A DNA stretch of 64,000 nucleotides, taken from the NCBI GenBank assembly GCA_965223845.1, contig CBDCXR010000004.1, positions 160,001 to 224,000 of the forward strand. Direction: 5' to 3'. The notes under the pieces were generated by a model, which saw nothing but the letters and a program-made list of their open reading frames with translations, was not told the origin of the DNA and searched no databases. A program made the position numbers and the translations under genes. This DNA comes from Planctomycetota bacterium (lineage in GTDB: Bacteria > Planctomycetota > UBA8108 > SXIK01). The first letter of the stretch is position 1. Each line of letters opens with the position of its first letter. This document shows positions 50,821 to 60,455 of the stretch, in pieces.

Positions 50821-51797
50821 ACGCGCCGCCTCTCGCGGGCGAGCCGCTCCTCGTGATCACGGGGCCGACCGCGAGTGGCAAAGAGGCACTCTCCCTCGCG
50901 CTCGCGCGCCGTTTGGGCGGCGAGATCATCTCGATGGACTCGATGAAGATCTATCGCGATCTCGACATCCTCACGGCGAAACCCACGGCGGAGGATCTCG
51001 AGCGCGTACCGCACCATCTGATCGACAGCGTCGATCCCGCCGAGGACTTCAGCGTCGGCGTCTACCTCGGTCGACTGGAGCGGGCGATCAGCGACGTGCG
51101 CGCTCGGGGTCGTCAAGCCATCGTGAGTGGTGGAACGGCCCTCTATCTGAAGGCGTTTCTCTACGGACTCGTCGAGACTCCGAGCCCGGATTGGGAGCTC
51201 CGGCGGCAGCTGGCCGAGCGGGCAGAGCGAGAGGGGCTCGCGGTTCTCCACGCGGAGCTCGAGCGACTCGATCCGCGCGCGGCGGAAAAGATCTCCGCCG
51301 GCGACGAGCGCCGCATCGTCCGGGCGCTCGAGGTCTGCCGGAAGACCGGCCGGGCGGCGAGCGACGATTGGACCTGGCCGGGCGCCGATCCGATTGCGCG
51401 GCCGTATCCGGTCCTCGTCTTCGCCGTCGAGTGGTGCCGCAAGGACCTCTATTCCCGGATCGACGCGCGGGTCGAGCGCATGGTGGAACGCGGTCTCTTT
51501 AACGAACTTTCGCGCCTAGCCGAGCGCGATCCACCGCCCGGCCGCACCGCGAGCCAGTCGATCGGATACAAGGAGTTCGTCCTCGGCCGAAGCGAAGCTT
51601 GGTCGGAGGACGAGATCACGGCGCGGATCCAACAACAGAGCCGCCGGCTTGCGAAGCACCAGTTGACGTGGTTTCGCAAGTTCGCGATCGATTGGATCCC
51701 GAGCGACGACGCGAACCCCGAGGCGTGGGCCGACGAGGTGCTGCGCCGCGCTCGAGAGAGGACGGCGTCCGAGTCCGGACGACCGGAGACTCGTTAG
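50817..51797 (+). CDS. miaA: tRNA dimethylallyltransferase
   Basis: ITGPTASGK, EIIS.DSMKIYR.LDI.TAKP, VPHHLID, GGTALY, RRIVRALEV, SIGYKE and AKHQLTWFR. GTGA overlap with the upstream gene. Confidence 0.97.
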   Translation: MNAPPLAGEPLLVITGPTASGKEALSLALARRLGGEIISMDSMKIYRDLDILTAKPTAEDLERVPHHLIDSVDPAEDFSVGVYLGRLERAISDVRARGRQAIVSGGTALYLKAFLYGLVETPSPDWELRRQLAERAEREGLAVLHAELERLDPRAAEKISAGDERRIVRALEVCRKTGRAASDDWTWPGADPIARPYPVLVFAVEWCRKDLYSRIDARVERMVERGLFNELSRLAERDPPPGRTASQSIGYKEFVLGRSEAWSEDEITARIQQQSRRLAKHQLTWFRKFAIDWIPSDDANPEAWADEVLRRARERTASESGRPETR

Positions 51798-52018
51798 TAC
51801 GGTCCCGAGTCGAACTGGTCGTGCATGTCCTTGTAGTAGTCGACGCCGAAGAACGTGTCTTGCACGTCGGCGTAGAACCAGCCCGCTTCGTCCACGATAC
51901 GGCCGATGTTGCAGAACTTGAACGCCGGCGGGGTGCGACCGACGCTGTCGCAGCGGCAGCAGCCGGCGAAGATCATGCACGTAAAGAGAAGCGCGACGGC
52001 GAGAGTGCGCGGAAGCAT
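51794..52018 (-). CDS. Small lipoprotein (74 aa)
   Basis: GGAGG RBS; MLPRTLAVALLFTCMIFAGC lipobox; host-like codon usage. Confidence 0.75.
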   Translation of the reverse strand: MLPRTLAVALLFTCMIFAGCCRCDSVGRTPPAFKFCNIGRIVDEAGWFYADVQDTFFGVDYYKDMHDQFDSGPY

Positions 52019-52383
52019 GGTGTTCCTCCGTGGGTGGCGAGCATTCATTCCCCAACGTGTCCAACGAAGGCTAACATCGACTGGACTCGCGGCAACTTCC
52101 GGCAACGTCGGCTGCCGACGGTTGAGTTCGAAACCGTTTTTTTGCGGGGAGAGAGACTCTCTTACTTCGACTCGAACACCGGTCCGGCATGAGTCGCGTC
52201 CGGCGGTGCGACCGAAAAGGACACGGAGCGGGCCGTAGTCCGGAGCGAACCGCGGAGCGACTTCCCAAAAAAGAAACACCGGCGACGAAAGCTCGCGCTT
52301 CCGTCGCCGGTGTCTCAAGCGATCCGCGATACCGAAAACGTTTCAGAATGGGCGCAACGCGCTCGAGTGAAACCGTTCTGAAA

Positions 52384-52593
52384 CTAGTACTCGGCTTCGA
52401 TCGGATACTCTTCCATATCGAAGAAGATCCGGTCGATCGCCATGTGGAGCTCGTGGAATCCGTTCGCGATCGACTTCAGGCGGCGCTTGTTGTGGTGCCA
52501 ACTGTAGATGACCGGCTCGGTCGTCGAGCAGCCCGCGTTGAACGGTACGAACATGGCCAGCAGGGCGGCGATGATAAGGCCCTTCTTCAGCAT
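52384..52593 (-). CDS. Small lipoprotein (69 aa)
   Basis: GGAGGA RBS; MLKKGLIIAALLAMFVPFNAGC lipobox; strongly host-like codons. Confidence 0.8.
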   Translation of the reverse strand: MLKKGLIIAALLAMFVPFNAGCSTTEPVIYSWHHNKRRLKSIANGFHELHMAIDRIFFDMEEYPIEAEY

Positions 52594-52842
52594 GGAATCC
52601 TCCCGGGATGCTCTACCGGTGCCAACGTGACGAGCGGCCGGCGAAGAGCAGGGTTTCGAACTGAGGTGGGTGAAGAGGAAAGCGAACCGCGAGAAGCCCT
52701 CCGCGGACTCGACAGCGGCGTCGCGCTGAGGAGCGAACTGCGCTCGAGGACGAAACGTGGAATCAAACCGCGGAATGCAGTCGGCGGGAGCTTCTCTCGG
52801 CTGCGTCCGAGGGGGGACGCAGTTTTCTCTCCGAGGTTCGCT

Positions 52843-52872
52843 ATTGTAGGGGTCCGGTAAACCGGAAGTCAA
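52843..52872 (-). promoter_or_regulatory. Sigma70 promoter (TTGACT-N18-TACAAT) for the small lipoprotein genes
   Basis: Near-consensus hexamers on the minus strand, ~250 nt upstream of ATG 52593. Confidence 0.6.
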
Positions 52873-53175
52873 CGTCCGCAGTGGCGCCGCCGGAGCCGCC
52901 CGGGGGCGCGGTTTCGGGGCATTCGACTAACTTCGGCCTGGGTCCGACGGGATCCGCCACCTGTACGGCCGACGCGCGGGTTTCGTTCGGTTGTGCTCCG
53001 ATCCCGGGAGTCCGGACTTGAGACTCGGGCCGCGATCATTATCTTTGGAGGGTCCCTCTGAGCCGAAGGCGACGGTTTCTGCCGCTGGGCGACTCGGAAT
53101 TCGGGTCCGATCCGCGCCGCTCGGCGCTCGGTGCGACGCCGTAGGTACTGGTGAGACAAGGAATTTCGACGGTTC

Positions 53176-55332
53176 ATGGCCAGCTCTAGGAAGCGGACCT
53201 CCAGCAAGCGCGCCGAGGCGGTGACGACGGCGCGGTCGTCCGGACCGCGGGCGGTCCGCGTGCGCGGCTACCCCGGGTCGATCCCGCGGCAGCTCGCGGC
53301 GCGGCTGAATCGCCTCCGACTTCGTCCCGAAGAGCTCGCGTGGCGGTGCAGTCCGAAGGTCTTCGACTTCCGCAACACCCGTGAGGTTTCGCCCCTCCGT
53401 GGCTTCTTCGGCCAGGAGCAGGCGCTGAAGAGTCTCCGCACCGGCCTCGCGATGGCGGGACCGGGGTACAACCTGTACGTCTGCGGACTCGCAGGCGCCG
53501 AGTCGACCGCCGAGCTCGTCGACTATATCCGGCGGCAGCGCGGCGGCACGACGCCTCCCCCCGACCGCTGCTACGTCCAGAATTTTCGCGATCCGCTCCG
53601 GCCGCGGCTCCTCACTCTTCCGCCCGGCCGCGGGGCGAAGCTGCGGGCGTCGATTCGTCGGCTCGTCTCGGATCTTCACCGCGGGCTCGAGTCGAAGGAC
53701 GAGCGCAAGCGGCGCTCGATCGCGCGCGAAATCATCCGTCCGGCCATGGACGAGCTCCTCGCGGAGTTTCCCGATCGCGAAGTCACCTCGTACCTCCGCG
53801 ACTGGCAGCGGAACCTTCTCGCCAACATCCACGACGCCGTGATCGACGACTTCGACGTCAACCTGCTCGAGCGGCCGTCGCGCGGCGCGGTCGTCTTCGA
53901 GCCGACCCCGACGGCCGCGCGCCTGTTCGGGTGGATCGGCCGGCGTCCGACGGCGGGAGACGGCGGGTCGGCGTACCACTTCATGGAGATTCACGGCGGC
54001 TCGCTTCTCGCGGCCGACGGCGGAGTGCTCGTCGTCAACGTCGCCGACTTTCAACCGACGAGCTCCGTGTGGGCGGGACTGAAGAGTACGCTCAAGTACG
54101 GTCAGCTGTCGTTCGAGGACGCCGAAGGCGGCGGCGCGGCGCGGAGCGGTGGACTCCATCCCGATCCGATTCCGCTCTCGACGAAGGTCGTGATGATCGG
54201 CGACTACTCGCTCTACGACTACCTCTTCGAGTGCGAGTCCGACTTTCGCGACATCTTCAAGTTTCGCGTCGACTTCGACACCGAGGTCCCGCTGACCGCA
54301 AGGGTGATCAAGCGGCACTATCCCGCGTTCATCGCGCGGACCTGCGCGGAGAATGATCTCCGGCCGGTCTCGGCGGAAGGGGTCGCGCGCACGCTCGAGT
54401 TCGGGGTGCGGCGGGCGGGACGCCAGAGCAAAGTGACGACCCAGCCGTGGGTGATCGCGGATCTTCTCCGCGAGGCGAACTACTGGGCGGGACTCGAGCG
54501 TCGCCGGGTGATCCAAGGGCCGGACATCGATCGCGCCGTGCGGGAGGCGGTTCTTCGCCTGAACCTCGTCGAGACGAAGATTTCCGAGATGATCAACGAG
54601 GGGACGATCCTGATCACGACGTCGGGTTTTCGCGTCGGTCAGGTGAACGGCCTCGCGATCTACGACATGGGGGACTACCTCTTTGCCAAACCGTCGCGCA
54701 TCACGGCGGAGACCTCGGTCGGTCAGAGCGGAATCATCAACATCGAGCGCGAAGCGGGCTTCAGCGGACGCAGCCACGACAAGGGCGTCCACATCCTCGC
54801 GGGGTACCTCCGCTCGCGTTTTGCGCAGAAGCGACCGCTCAGTCTCACCGCGAGTGTGTGCTTCGAGCAATCGTACTCAGGGATCGACGGTGACAGTGCG
54901 TCCGCGACCGAGATCTGCGCGATCCTCTCGAGCCTCTCCGGCGCCCCGATCCGGCAGGACGTGGCCGTGACGGGCTCGCTCAATCAAAAGGGTGACGTCC
55001 AGCCGATCGGCGGTGTGAACGAGAAGATCGAAGGCTTCTACGACTGCGTGTGCGCGCTCGGTCGTCCGCGTGGCACCGAGGGCGTCATCGTGCCGCGGAA
55101 GAACGCGCGCGAGCTAGCGCTTCGTGACGATGTCGTCCGGGCGGTGGCGAGGGGTCGCTTCCACGTCTACGCGGTCGAGACGATCGACGAAGCCGTCGAG
55201 ATCTTGACGGGAATCGCATCCGGCCGCAAGCGGCGCGACGGATCCCACACCCCCGAGAGCGTCTTCGACCGGGCGGACCGGCGGCTCGAGGAGATCGCGC
55301 AGGGGCTGCGGCGGTACTCCGACGGCGACTGA
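53176..55332 (+). CDS. LonC-type (AAA-like plus Lon_C) protease
   Basis: GQEQAL, G.LL.ADGG.L, GQVNGL, PSRITA, INIERE, FEQSYSGIDGDSAS (catalytic Ser) and GGVNEKIEGF (catalytic Lys). Confidence 0.93.
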   Translation: MASSRKRTSSKRAEAVTTARSSGPRAVRVRGYPGSIPRQLAARLNRLRLRPEELAWRCSPKVFDFRNTREVSPLRGFFGQEQALKSLRTGLAMAGPGYNLYVCGLAGAESTAELVDYIRRQRGGTTPPPDRCYVQNFRDPLRPRLLTLPPGRGAKLRASIRRLVSDLHRGLESKDERKRRSIAREIIRPAMDELLAEFPDREVTSYLRDWQRNLLANIHDAVIDDFDVNLLERPSRGAVVFEPTPTAARLFGWIGRRPTAGDGGSAYHFMEIHGGSLLAADGGVLVVNVADFQPTSSVWAGLKSTLKYGQLSFEDAEGGGAARSGGLHPDPIPLSTKVVMIGDYSLYDYLFECESDFRDIFKFRVDFDTEVPLTARVIKRHYPAFIARTCAENDLRPVSAEGVARTLEFGVRRAGRQSKVTTQPWVIADLLREANYWAGLERRRVIQGPDIDRAVREAVLRLNLVETKISEMINEGTILITTSGFRVGQVNGLAIYDMGDYLFAKPSRITAETSVGQSGIINIEREAGFSGRSHDKGVHILAGYLRSRFAQKRPLSLTASVCFEQSYSGIDGDSASATEICAILSSLSGAPIRQDVAVTGSLNQKGDVQPIGGVNEKIEGFYDCVCALGRPRGTEGVIVPRKNARELALRDDVVRAVARGRFHVYAVETIDEAVEILTGIASGRKRRDGSHTPESVFDRADRRLEEIAQGLRRYSDGD

Positions 55333-55344
55333 TTCGCGGGAGCA

Positions 55345-56442
55345 GTGAGGACCGGGACCCGGACCCGGATCGGGATCGGGACCGGGGCGAGTGACGGAAC
55401 GACCTTGGCGACTCGGCGTAGACGCGAGTTTCAGTGGATCGACGCGCTCCGGCGCGACGCGTCTCCACTCGATGCGAGACGTTTCCCCGTCGGCATCGGC
55501 GACGACGCCGCGGTCTGGCGGCCGCGAACGAAGCGCGACGTCGTCCTCACGGTGGACGCGCAGGTCGAGAACGTTCACTACCGGGCGGCGTGGCTCCGCC
55601 CGCGGGAGCTCGGGCGACGTGCCGCGATGGCGAGCCTCAGCGATCTCGCGGCGATGGGAGCGGATCCGGTTTGTCTTCTCGTCTCCGTCGTTCTTCCGCC
55701 GGACGCGTCGAGCGCGTCTTTTCGTTCGCTCCAGCGGGGCATCGTCGACGGGGCGACCGAGGTCGGCGCCGAAGTGGTCGGAGGGAACATCAGCGCCGGA
55801 CCGGGCTCGATTCACACGACGGCGATCGGGGAGGTCTCGCCGGGGCGTTCGCTGCGCCGCGCCGGGGCGCGGGTGGGGGATGCGATCTGGGTTAGCGGTA
55901 GTCCCGGACTCGCGCGCGTCGGACGAGAGCTCCTCGGCGGCGAGCGGAAACGAGCGCGGGGTCGAGCCCCGCGGTCGCGCGCGCAGCAAGCGGCCCGAAG
56001 TGCGTTTCGGGCTCCGGTCGCCCGCATCGAGCTCGGCAAGGCCCTCGTCCGAGGCGGCTCCGCGAGGGCGGCGATCGATCTGAGCGACGGGCTCGCGAGC
56101 GACCTCGCGCACATTCTCCGGGAGAGCTCGCGGCGCGGCGGCGAGCTGGGAGCGACCCTCGAGCGAGCGGCGCTGACCGCGGTTCCGCATCTCGAGGCCG
56201 CGGCCGCGGCGGCGGAGATCGACCCCGTCGCGGCGTCTCTCTACGGCGGTGAGGACTACGAGCTTCTCTGGGTGGCGCCGGCTCCCGGCGACGGCGGGAA
56301 GTGGACGCGTCTCGGCCGTCGGCTCGGCCTCCCGCTCTCGCGCATTGGGACGGTGGACCGCGCCCCCGGACTCCGCCTCGCCGATGACGCGGGCGACGTC
56401 ACCCCGATCGACCCCGAGGGCGGCTGGGATCACGGCGCGTGA
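55345..56442 (+). CDS. thiL: Thiamine-monophosphate kinase
   Basis: EFQWI, GIGDDAA, D.QVE.VHY, SLSDLAAMGA, VGGN, AIDLSDGL and GGEDYEL. Start may be TTG 55405. Confidence 0.95.
   Translation: MRTGTRTRIGIGTGASDGTTLATRRRREFQWIDALRRDASPLDARRFPVGIGDDAAVWRPRTKRDVVLTVDAQVENVHYRAAWLRPRELGRRAAMASLSDLAAMGADPVCLLVSVVLPPDASSASFRSLQRGIVDGATEVGAEVVGGNISAGPGSIHTTAIGEVSPGRSLRRAGARVGDAIWVSGSPGLARVGRELLGGERKRARGRAPRSRAQQAARSAFRAPVARIELGKALVRGGSARAAIDLSDGLASDLAHILRESSRRGGELGATLERAALTAVPHLEAAAAAAEIDPVAASLYGGEDYELLWVAPAPGDGGKWTRLGRRLGLPLSRIGTVDRAPGLRLADDAGDVTPIDPEGGWDHGA
55349..55384 (+). repeat. Six tandem GGA(C/T)C(G/C) hexamers
   Basis: GGACCG GGACCC GGACCC GGATCG GGATCG GGACCG, between the lon stop and the conserved thiL N-terminus. 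Confidence 0.8.
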
Positions 56443-56495
56443 CCGCTGACGGTTCTACTGTCGCGATCCGCGCGCACGCGCCGCCAAACTCGAGG

Positions 56496-56525
56496 TTGAC
56501 GATCGTTCGGGAGCGCTCTTATCTT
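56496..56525 (+). promoter_or_regulatory. Sigma70-like promoter of the parA-family gene (TTGACG-N18-TATCTT)
   Basis: Hexamers in the thiL-parA gap. Confidence 0.45.
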
Positions 56526-56607
56526 CACCGCCGTCCGCGCCGCGCTCGCCCGGGGATTCCTCGGTCCGCGATTCATTCGCCCGCGCGGACGGAGGGAGGA
56601 TGAGACT

Positions 56608-57387
56608 CTGCGCCGAATTGCGTTCATGAATCAGAAGGGTGGCGTCGGGAAGACGACGTGCGCGGTGAACTTGGCGGCGGCGCTCGCCGAACGCGACCGG
56701 CGGGTGCTCCTCGTCGATGTGGACGCGCAGGCGAACTTGAGCTTCCACCTCAACATTCCGGTACACGAGCTCGAGCACTCGATGTACACGCTCCTTCTCG
56801 GCCGCTCGACCGTCGAGCAGGCCATGCTGCGCGATCTCCGGCCGGGACTCTCGGTGATCCCGTCGAATATCGATCTCTCGGGTGCGGAGATCGAGCTCGT
56901 GCAGCAGGTCGGACGCGAGACGGTGCTCGATAACGCGCTCCGGGATCTCGAGAGCATCGCGCCGCACGATTACATCTTCTTCGACTGCCCGCCCTCGCTC
57001 GGCTTGCTTTCGCTGAACGCTCTCACCGCGGCGAACGAAGTGTTCATTCCGCTGCAAACGGAGTTCTTCGCTCTGCAGGGAATGACGCGGCTCATCGAGG
57101 TCGTCGACCTCATCCGCGATCGACTCGGGAAGCCGCTTGAGATCACTGGGATCATCCCCACACTCTACGATATGCGGACGAACCTCAGTCGCGAGGTGAT
57201 CGACGAGATCCGAGCGTACTTCGGCGGCAAGGTGTTCGAGACCGCGATCCACACGAACGTCAAGCTCGCCGAGGCCCCGAGTCATGGGGAGACGATTTTC
57301 GAGTATGCGCCGGAGTCCCGCGGAGCGCAGGACTTTCGGGCGCTCGCGCGCGAGGTCCTCGTGCGCGAGAACGCGCCAGCGCTCTAG
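56608..57387 (+). CDS. parA: ParA/Soj family ATPase (orphan, probable CTG start)
   Basis: RRIAFMNQKGGVGKTT, DVDAQAN, DCPPSLG, IPLQTEFFALQG and NVKLAEAPSHG. First ATG is at 56626; an in-frame CTG at 56608 follows GGAGGA. Confidence 0.93.
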   Translation: MRRIAFMNQKGGVGKTTCAVNLAAALAERDRRVLLVDVDAQANLSFHLNIPVHELEHSMYTLLLGRSTVEQAMLRDLRPGLSVIPSNIDLSGAEIELVQQVGRETVLDNALRDLESIAPHDYIFFDCPPSLGLLSLNALTAANEVFIPLQTEFFALQGMTRLIEVVDLIRDRLGKPLEITGIIPTLYDMRTNLSREVIDEIRAYFGGKVFETAIHTNVKLAEAPSHGETIFEYAPESRGAQDFRALAREVLVRENAPAL

Positions 57388-58651
57388 CCGGCGGCGTCTC
57401 GAGGTCGCGCTCGTCGCGGCGGCTTGGCTCGTGTGCGGTGGCCTTCGCTCGCAGGGAGAAGAAGACGCGACCGTCCCGCTCGCGACGCTTCTCGAAGAGG
57501 GCGAGCGTCACTACGCCGCGCGTCGCTACTCGCCTGCGATCCGGTCCTTCGAGGCCGCGCTCGATCAGGCGAAGGGCGAAGAGCGAGAGCACGTCGTCCG
57601 CACGCTCGCGCGGGTGCGGGGCGCCTTCGGGATGGAGCTTCTCGGAAGCGGGGAGCTCAAAGAGGCGGCGCGACTCTTTCGTCTTGCGCTCGACGGAGCA
57701 GACGACGCGTACGCGCTCTTCGGCTCCGCTTACTTGCGTTTCGTGCGGCTCGACGACGCGGCGGCGCGCGAGCTCCTCGAGCGCGCCCTCGCGCTCGAGC
57801 CGAAGTACGCCCGGGCGCACGTATTGCTCGCGCTCATCGAGTATCGCGCCGGTCGCACGCAAGCAGCGCTCGCGGGCATCGAGCGCGCGCTCGCGCTCGA
57901 TGCGACCGATCGCGAGGCGTCCGCGCTTAGGGAGCGCTGGACCCACGCGGTTCGCTACGAGGCGAAGCTGCGCGAGGAGCGGCGTGGACGTTTCGTCGTT
58001 CGCAGCCACCGCGAGCTGCCGGCGGCGAGTGTGAAACGCGTGACGTCGCTCTTCCTTCGCGCGCACAAGGAGCTCGCCGCGTCCCTTGCGACATGGCGAA
58101 CGACGGCGATCGTCGTCGTGCTCCTCCCGGAGGACGTGTTTCAAGAAGCGACGGGAAGTCGTCATTTCGTCGGCGGGACCTTCGACGGCCAGCTGAAGCT
58201 CCCGGTCCCGCGCGGGGCTCTCGGCAAGGCCGACATCGAGACACTCGACCGCTCGGTGCGCCACGAGCTCGCGCACGCGCTCGTTCGGCAAGTGCTGCCA
58301 GAATGTCCGGGTTGGCTGAACGAAGGACTGGCGCAGCACTTCGAAGGCGGTGGAGAGCGGGCCTTGAAGGCGCTCCGCGAGAAACTCGTCGCCGGAGCGG
58401 ATCAGTGGCTCGAGCTCGCGGCCGTGCCGCCCGAGCTGTGGCGAATCGAGGACGAAGGCGAAGTCCGCTGGATCTACGTCCTGAGCTTCGGTTTCGTCGA
58501 GTACCTCGTAGGCGAGTTCCAGGAGTATCGCCTGCGGCTCCTCCTCGACGCGATCCGCGATACGGGCTCGGTGGGACGGGCGTTTCGCGAGGTCTACGGA
58601 GCCGACCTCGGCGAGCTCGAGTCCCGCTGGCGGCGAACGCTGACGCCGTGA
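57305..58651 (+). CDS. Secreted TPR plus gluzincin (peptidase MA-like) protein
   Basis: Signal-like segment, TPRs, HELAH and PGWLNEGLAQ. Start is uncertain (overlaps the parA end). Confidence 0.85.
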   Translation: MRRSPAERRTFGRSRARSSCARTRQRSSRRRLEVALVAAAWLVCGGLRSQGEEDATVPLATLLEEGERHYAARRYSPAIRSFEAALDQAKGEEREHVVRTLARVRGAFGMELLGSGELKEAARLFRLALDGADDAYALFGSAYLRFVRLDDAAARELLERALALEPKYARAHVLLALIEYRAGRTQAALAGIERALALDATDREASALRERWTHAVRYEAKLREERRGRFVVRSHRELPAASVKRVTSLFLRAHKELAASLATWRTTAIVVVLLPEDVFQEATGSRHFVGGTFDGQLKLPVPRGALGKADIETLDRSVRHELAHALVRQVLPECPGWLNEGLAQHFEGGGERALKALREKLVAGADQWLELAAVPPELWRIEDEGEVRWIYVLSFGFVEYLVGEFQEYRLRLLLDAIRDTGSVGRAFREVYGADLGELESRWRRTLTP

Positions 58652-58679
58652 GTCGGATTCGCCGCGGCGGAGGGCTTCG

Positions 58680-58889
58680 TCACTCCGACGAGGCGGTCTC
58701 CGTCTCCTTCTCCTTCTCCGCGCTCTTCTTTCGCTTCGGGGGCTGTCGATCCGAGACTTGGCGGTAGCCGAGCTCCTTGACGATCTTGAGCACTTCGGAC
58801 CAGGAGAGGAACGTCTTGCTGTTCTCCGCCTTGTACTTCTCGATCGCTTTGATGAACTGGAATTCTTCGGATGACAGTGTGTTGAGCAC
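58680..58889 (-). CDS. Small conserved-looking hypothetical protein (EF.KAIEKYK.EN...F.SWSEVL.IVKELGYR)
   Basis: GTG start with AAGGAGG RBS and host-like codons. From recall, it resembles a planctomycete small-protein family. Confidence 0.75.
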   Translation of the reverse strand: MLNTLSSEEFQFIKAIEKYKAENSKTFLSWSEVLKIVKELGYRQVSDRQPPKRKKSAEKEKETETASSE

Positions 58890-59293
58890 GGCGGTGAGAC
58901 CCTCCTTGGGACCGGCTTTCTCCTTCGCTGGCGCCCCCTGCGGGAAGTATCGGTGGCCGGCTGCGTTCGGCTTGAAATCGCGCGGTTACCGCCCGACCAG
59001 CTCGGAATCACCGTACGGCACCCGAAACTGAACATTTGGGCCGGCTACGAGTCCTCGACCGGCCGGAATTCTTCTTAAGTGGCGGCTTTGTAGGTGGTTA
59101 CCAGAATCTTCGCGCATTCTCGCCTTGTCACGGCGGTCGGATTGCGATACCTTTTGCTTGAGACGTAAATAGAAAGCCAGTAAAGGTATAGGGGCACGGA
59201 GAGGGGAGGTCGTCCCGGCGATCACCGCTCTCGCAGACGAGAGCGAACTCGGCCGAGTTCGACAGGATTCCGGCACCCGCCGAGGAGGCTCGG

Positions 59294-59641
59294 TTGGAAA
59301 CGATCACGAAGCGCGAGTTGGTTCAGCGAATCGCGGAGAAGACCGGCGTTCAGCAGGTCAGCGCGAAGGACGTCATCCAGAGCTTTCTCGACGAGATCAT
59401 CAACGAGCTCGCCAAAGGTAACCGTCTGGAGTTTCGAGACTTCGGAGTCTTCGAGCCGAAGACGAAGGCGCAGAGAATCGCGCGGAATCCCCGGACGGGT
59501 GCGAAGGTTCCCGTTCCCGAGAAGACGACCGTGAAGTTCAAGGTCGGTCGTCTCATGAAGAAGCGGATTCAAAGCGAAGAGGACGAGGCTCCGACGCCCG
59601 TCGCCGGGGAAGCGCCGCCGGCGGATTCGCCGACGTCGTAA
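59294..59641 (+). CDS. HU/IHF family DNA-binding protein
   Basis: TKRELV, G.RLEFRDFGVF, ARNPRTG and VKFKVG; GAGGAGG RBS with TTG start. Confidence 0.96.
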   Translation: METITKRELVQRIAEKTGVQQVSAKDVIQSFLDEIINELAKGNRLEFRDFGVFEPKTKAQRIARNPRTGAKVPVPEKTTVKFKVGRLMKKRIQSEEDEAPTPVAGEAPPADSPTS

Positions 59642-59978
59642 CGCGTTGCGTCTTCAGGGCGTTCGCGTGTCTCGGGTCGAGGCGTTCGCATCCGCGACAC
59701 GCTGTCGATCGCTCCCCGTGGGACGCATCGACGCGACGGGTGCTCGAAGCGACGGAATTGGTCTTTGTTCCGCCCCGGAACACGCCTTACGATCAGCGTA
59801 CGCGCGCGCGATCTAGCGCGGCGCGTAGAGAGAGTTCGCCCGGAGACGACGGGGACAATCTCGCTGCGAGGCCGGATGGGCCGCGGCGAGGATCGACCGG
59901 GACGCGGTCGCGAACGCACGCCGATGCGGCGCGATCGAGGTCCCACTGGGAAGCAGCCAATAGGGAGATTGCTTCAGT

Positions 59979-60443
59979 ATGGTGACGCATCTCGTTTCTG
60001 TCCTCCGTCCGGGCATGGGGCCCCTCGCGATCGCTTGCGCTCTCGTGGTCGCCGTCGGCGCTGGTTGTCGAACCGTGCCGCCCTCCAATCAGGACCAGGC
60101 GGTAGCCGCCGCCCGCGAGGTCCTCGCGGCCCGCTACCCGATCGTTTCCGCGGGTGAGTCTCAGCTTTTTGCGACGACCGGCGTGGAGGCGTTCGGGACC
60201 GACAAGAGCCGGAAGCAGATCACCGTCTACTTCACCCGCGACTTCACCGGACGAGCCGAGCCGCGCGTGAGCGTCGAACAGCTCGTCGCGGTCAACGAGC
60301 CGGAGCTGGCCCGATCGTCTCACGACGCTCCTGCGAAGCGCGCGATTCCCTTCGAACGGTGGAAGGCGGTCGCGCGACTTCCGCTCGAAGAGCAGGCGAT
60401 CTACGACGAGATCATCGCGCGAGTGGGGAGCGGCGAGATCTGA
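59979..60443 (+). CDS. Hypothetical lipoprotein
   Basis: GGAG RBS; hydrophobic stretch ending in a GAGC lipobox. Confidence 0.75.
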   Translation: MVTHLVSVLRPGMGPLAIACALVVAVGAGCRTVPPSNQDQAVAAAREVLAARYPIVSAGESQLFATTGVEAFGTDKSRKQITVYFTRDFTGRAEPRVSVEQLVAVNEPELARSSHDAPAKRAIPFERWKAVARLPLEEQAIYDEIIARVGSGEI

Positions 60444-60455
60444 CCAGCGAAGCGT

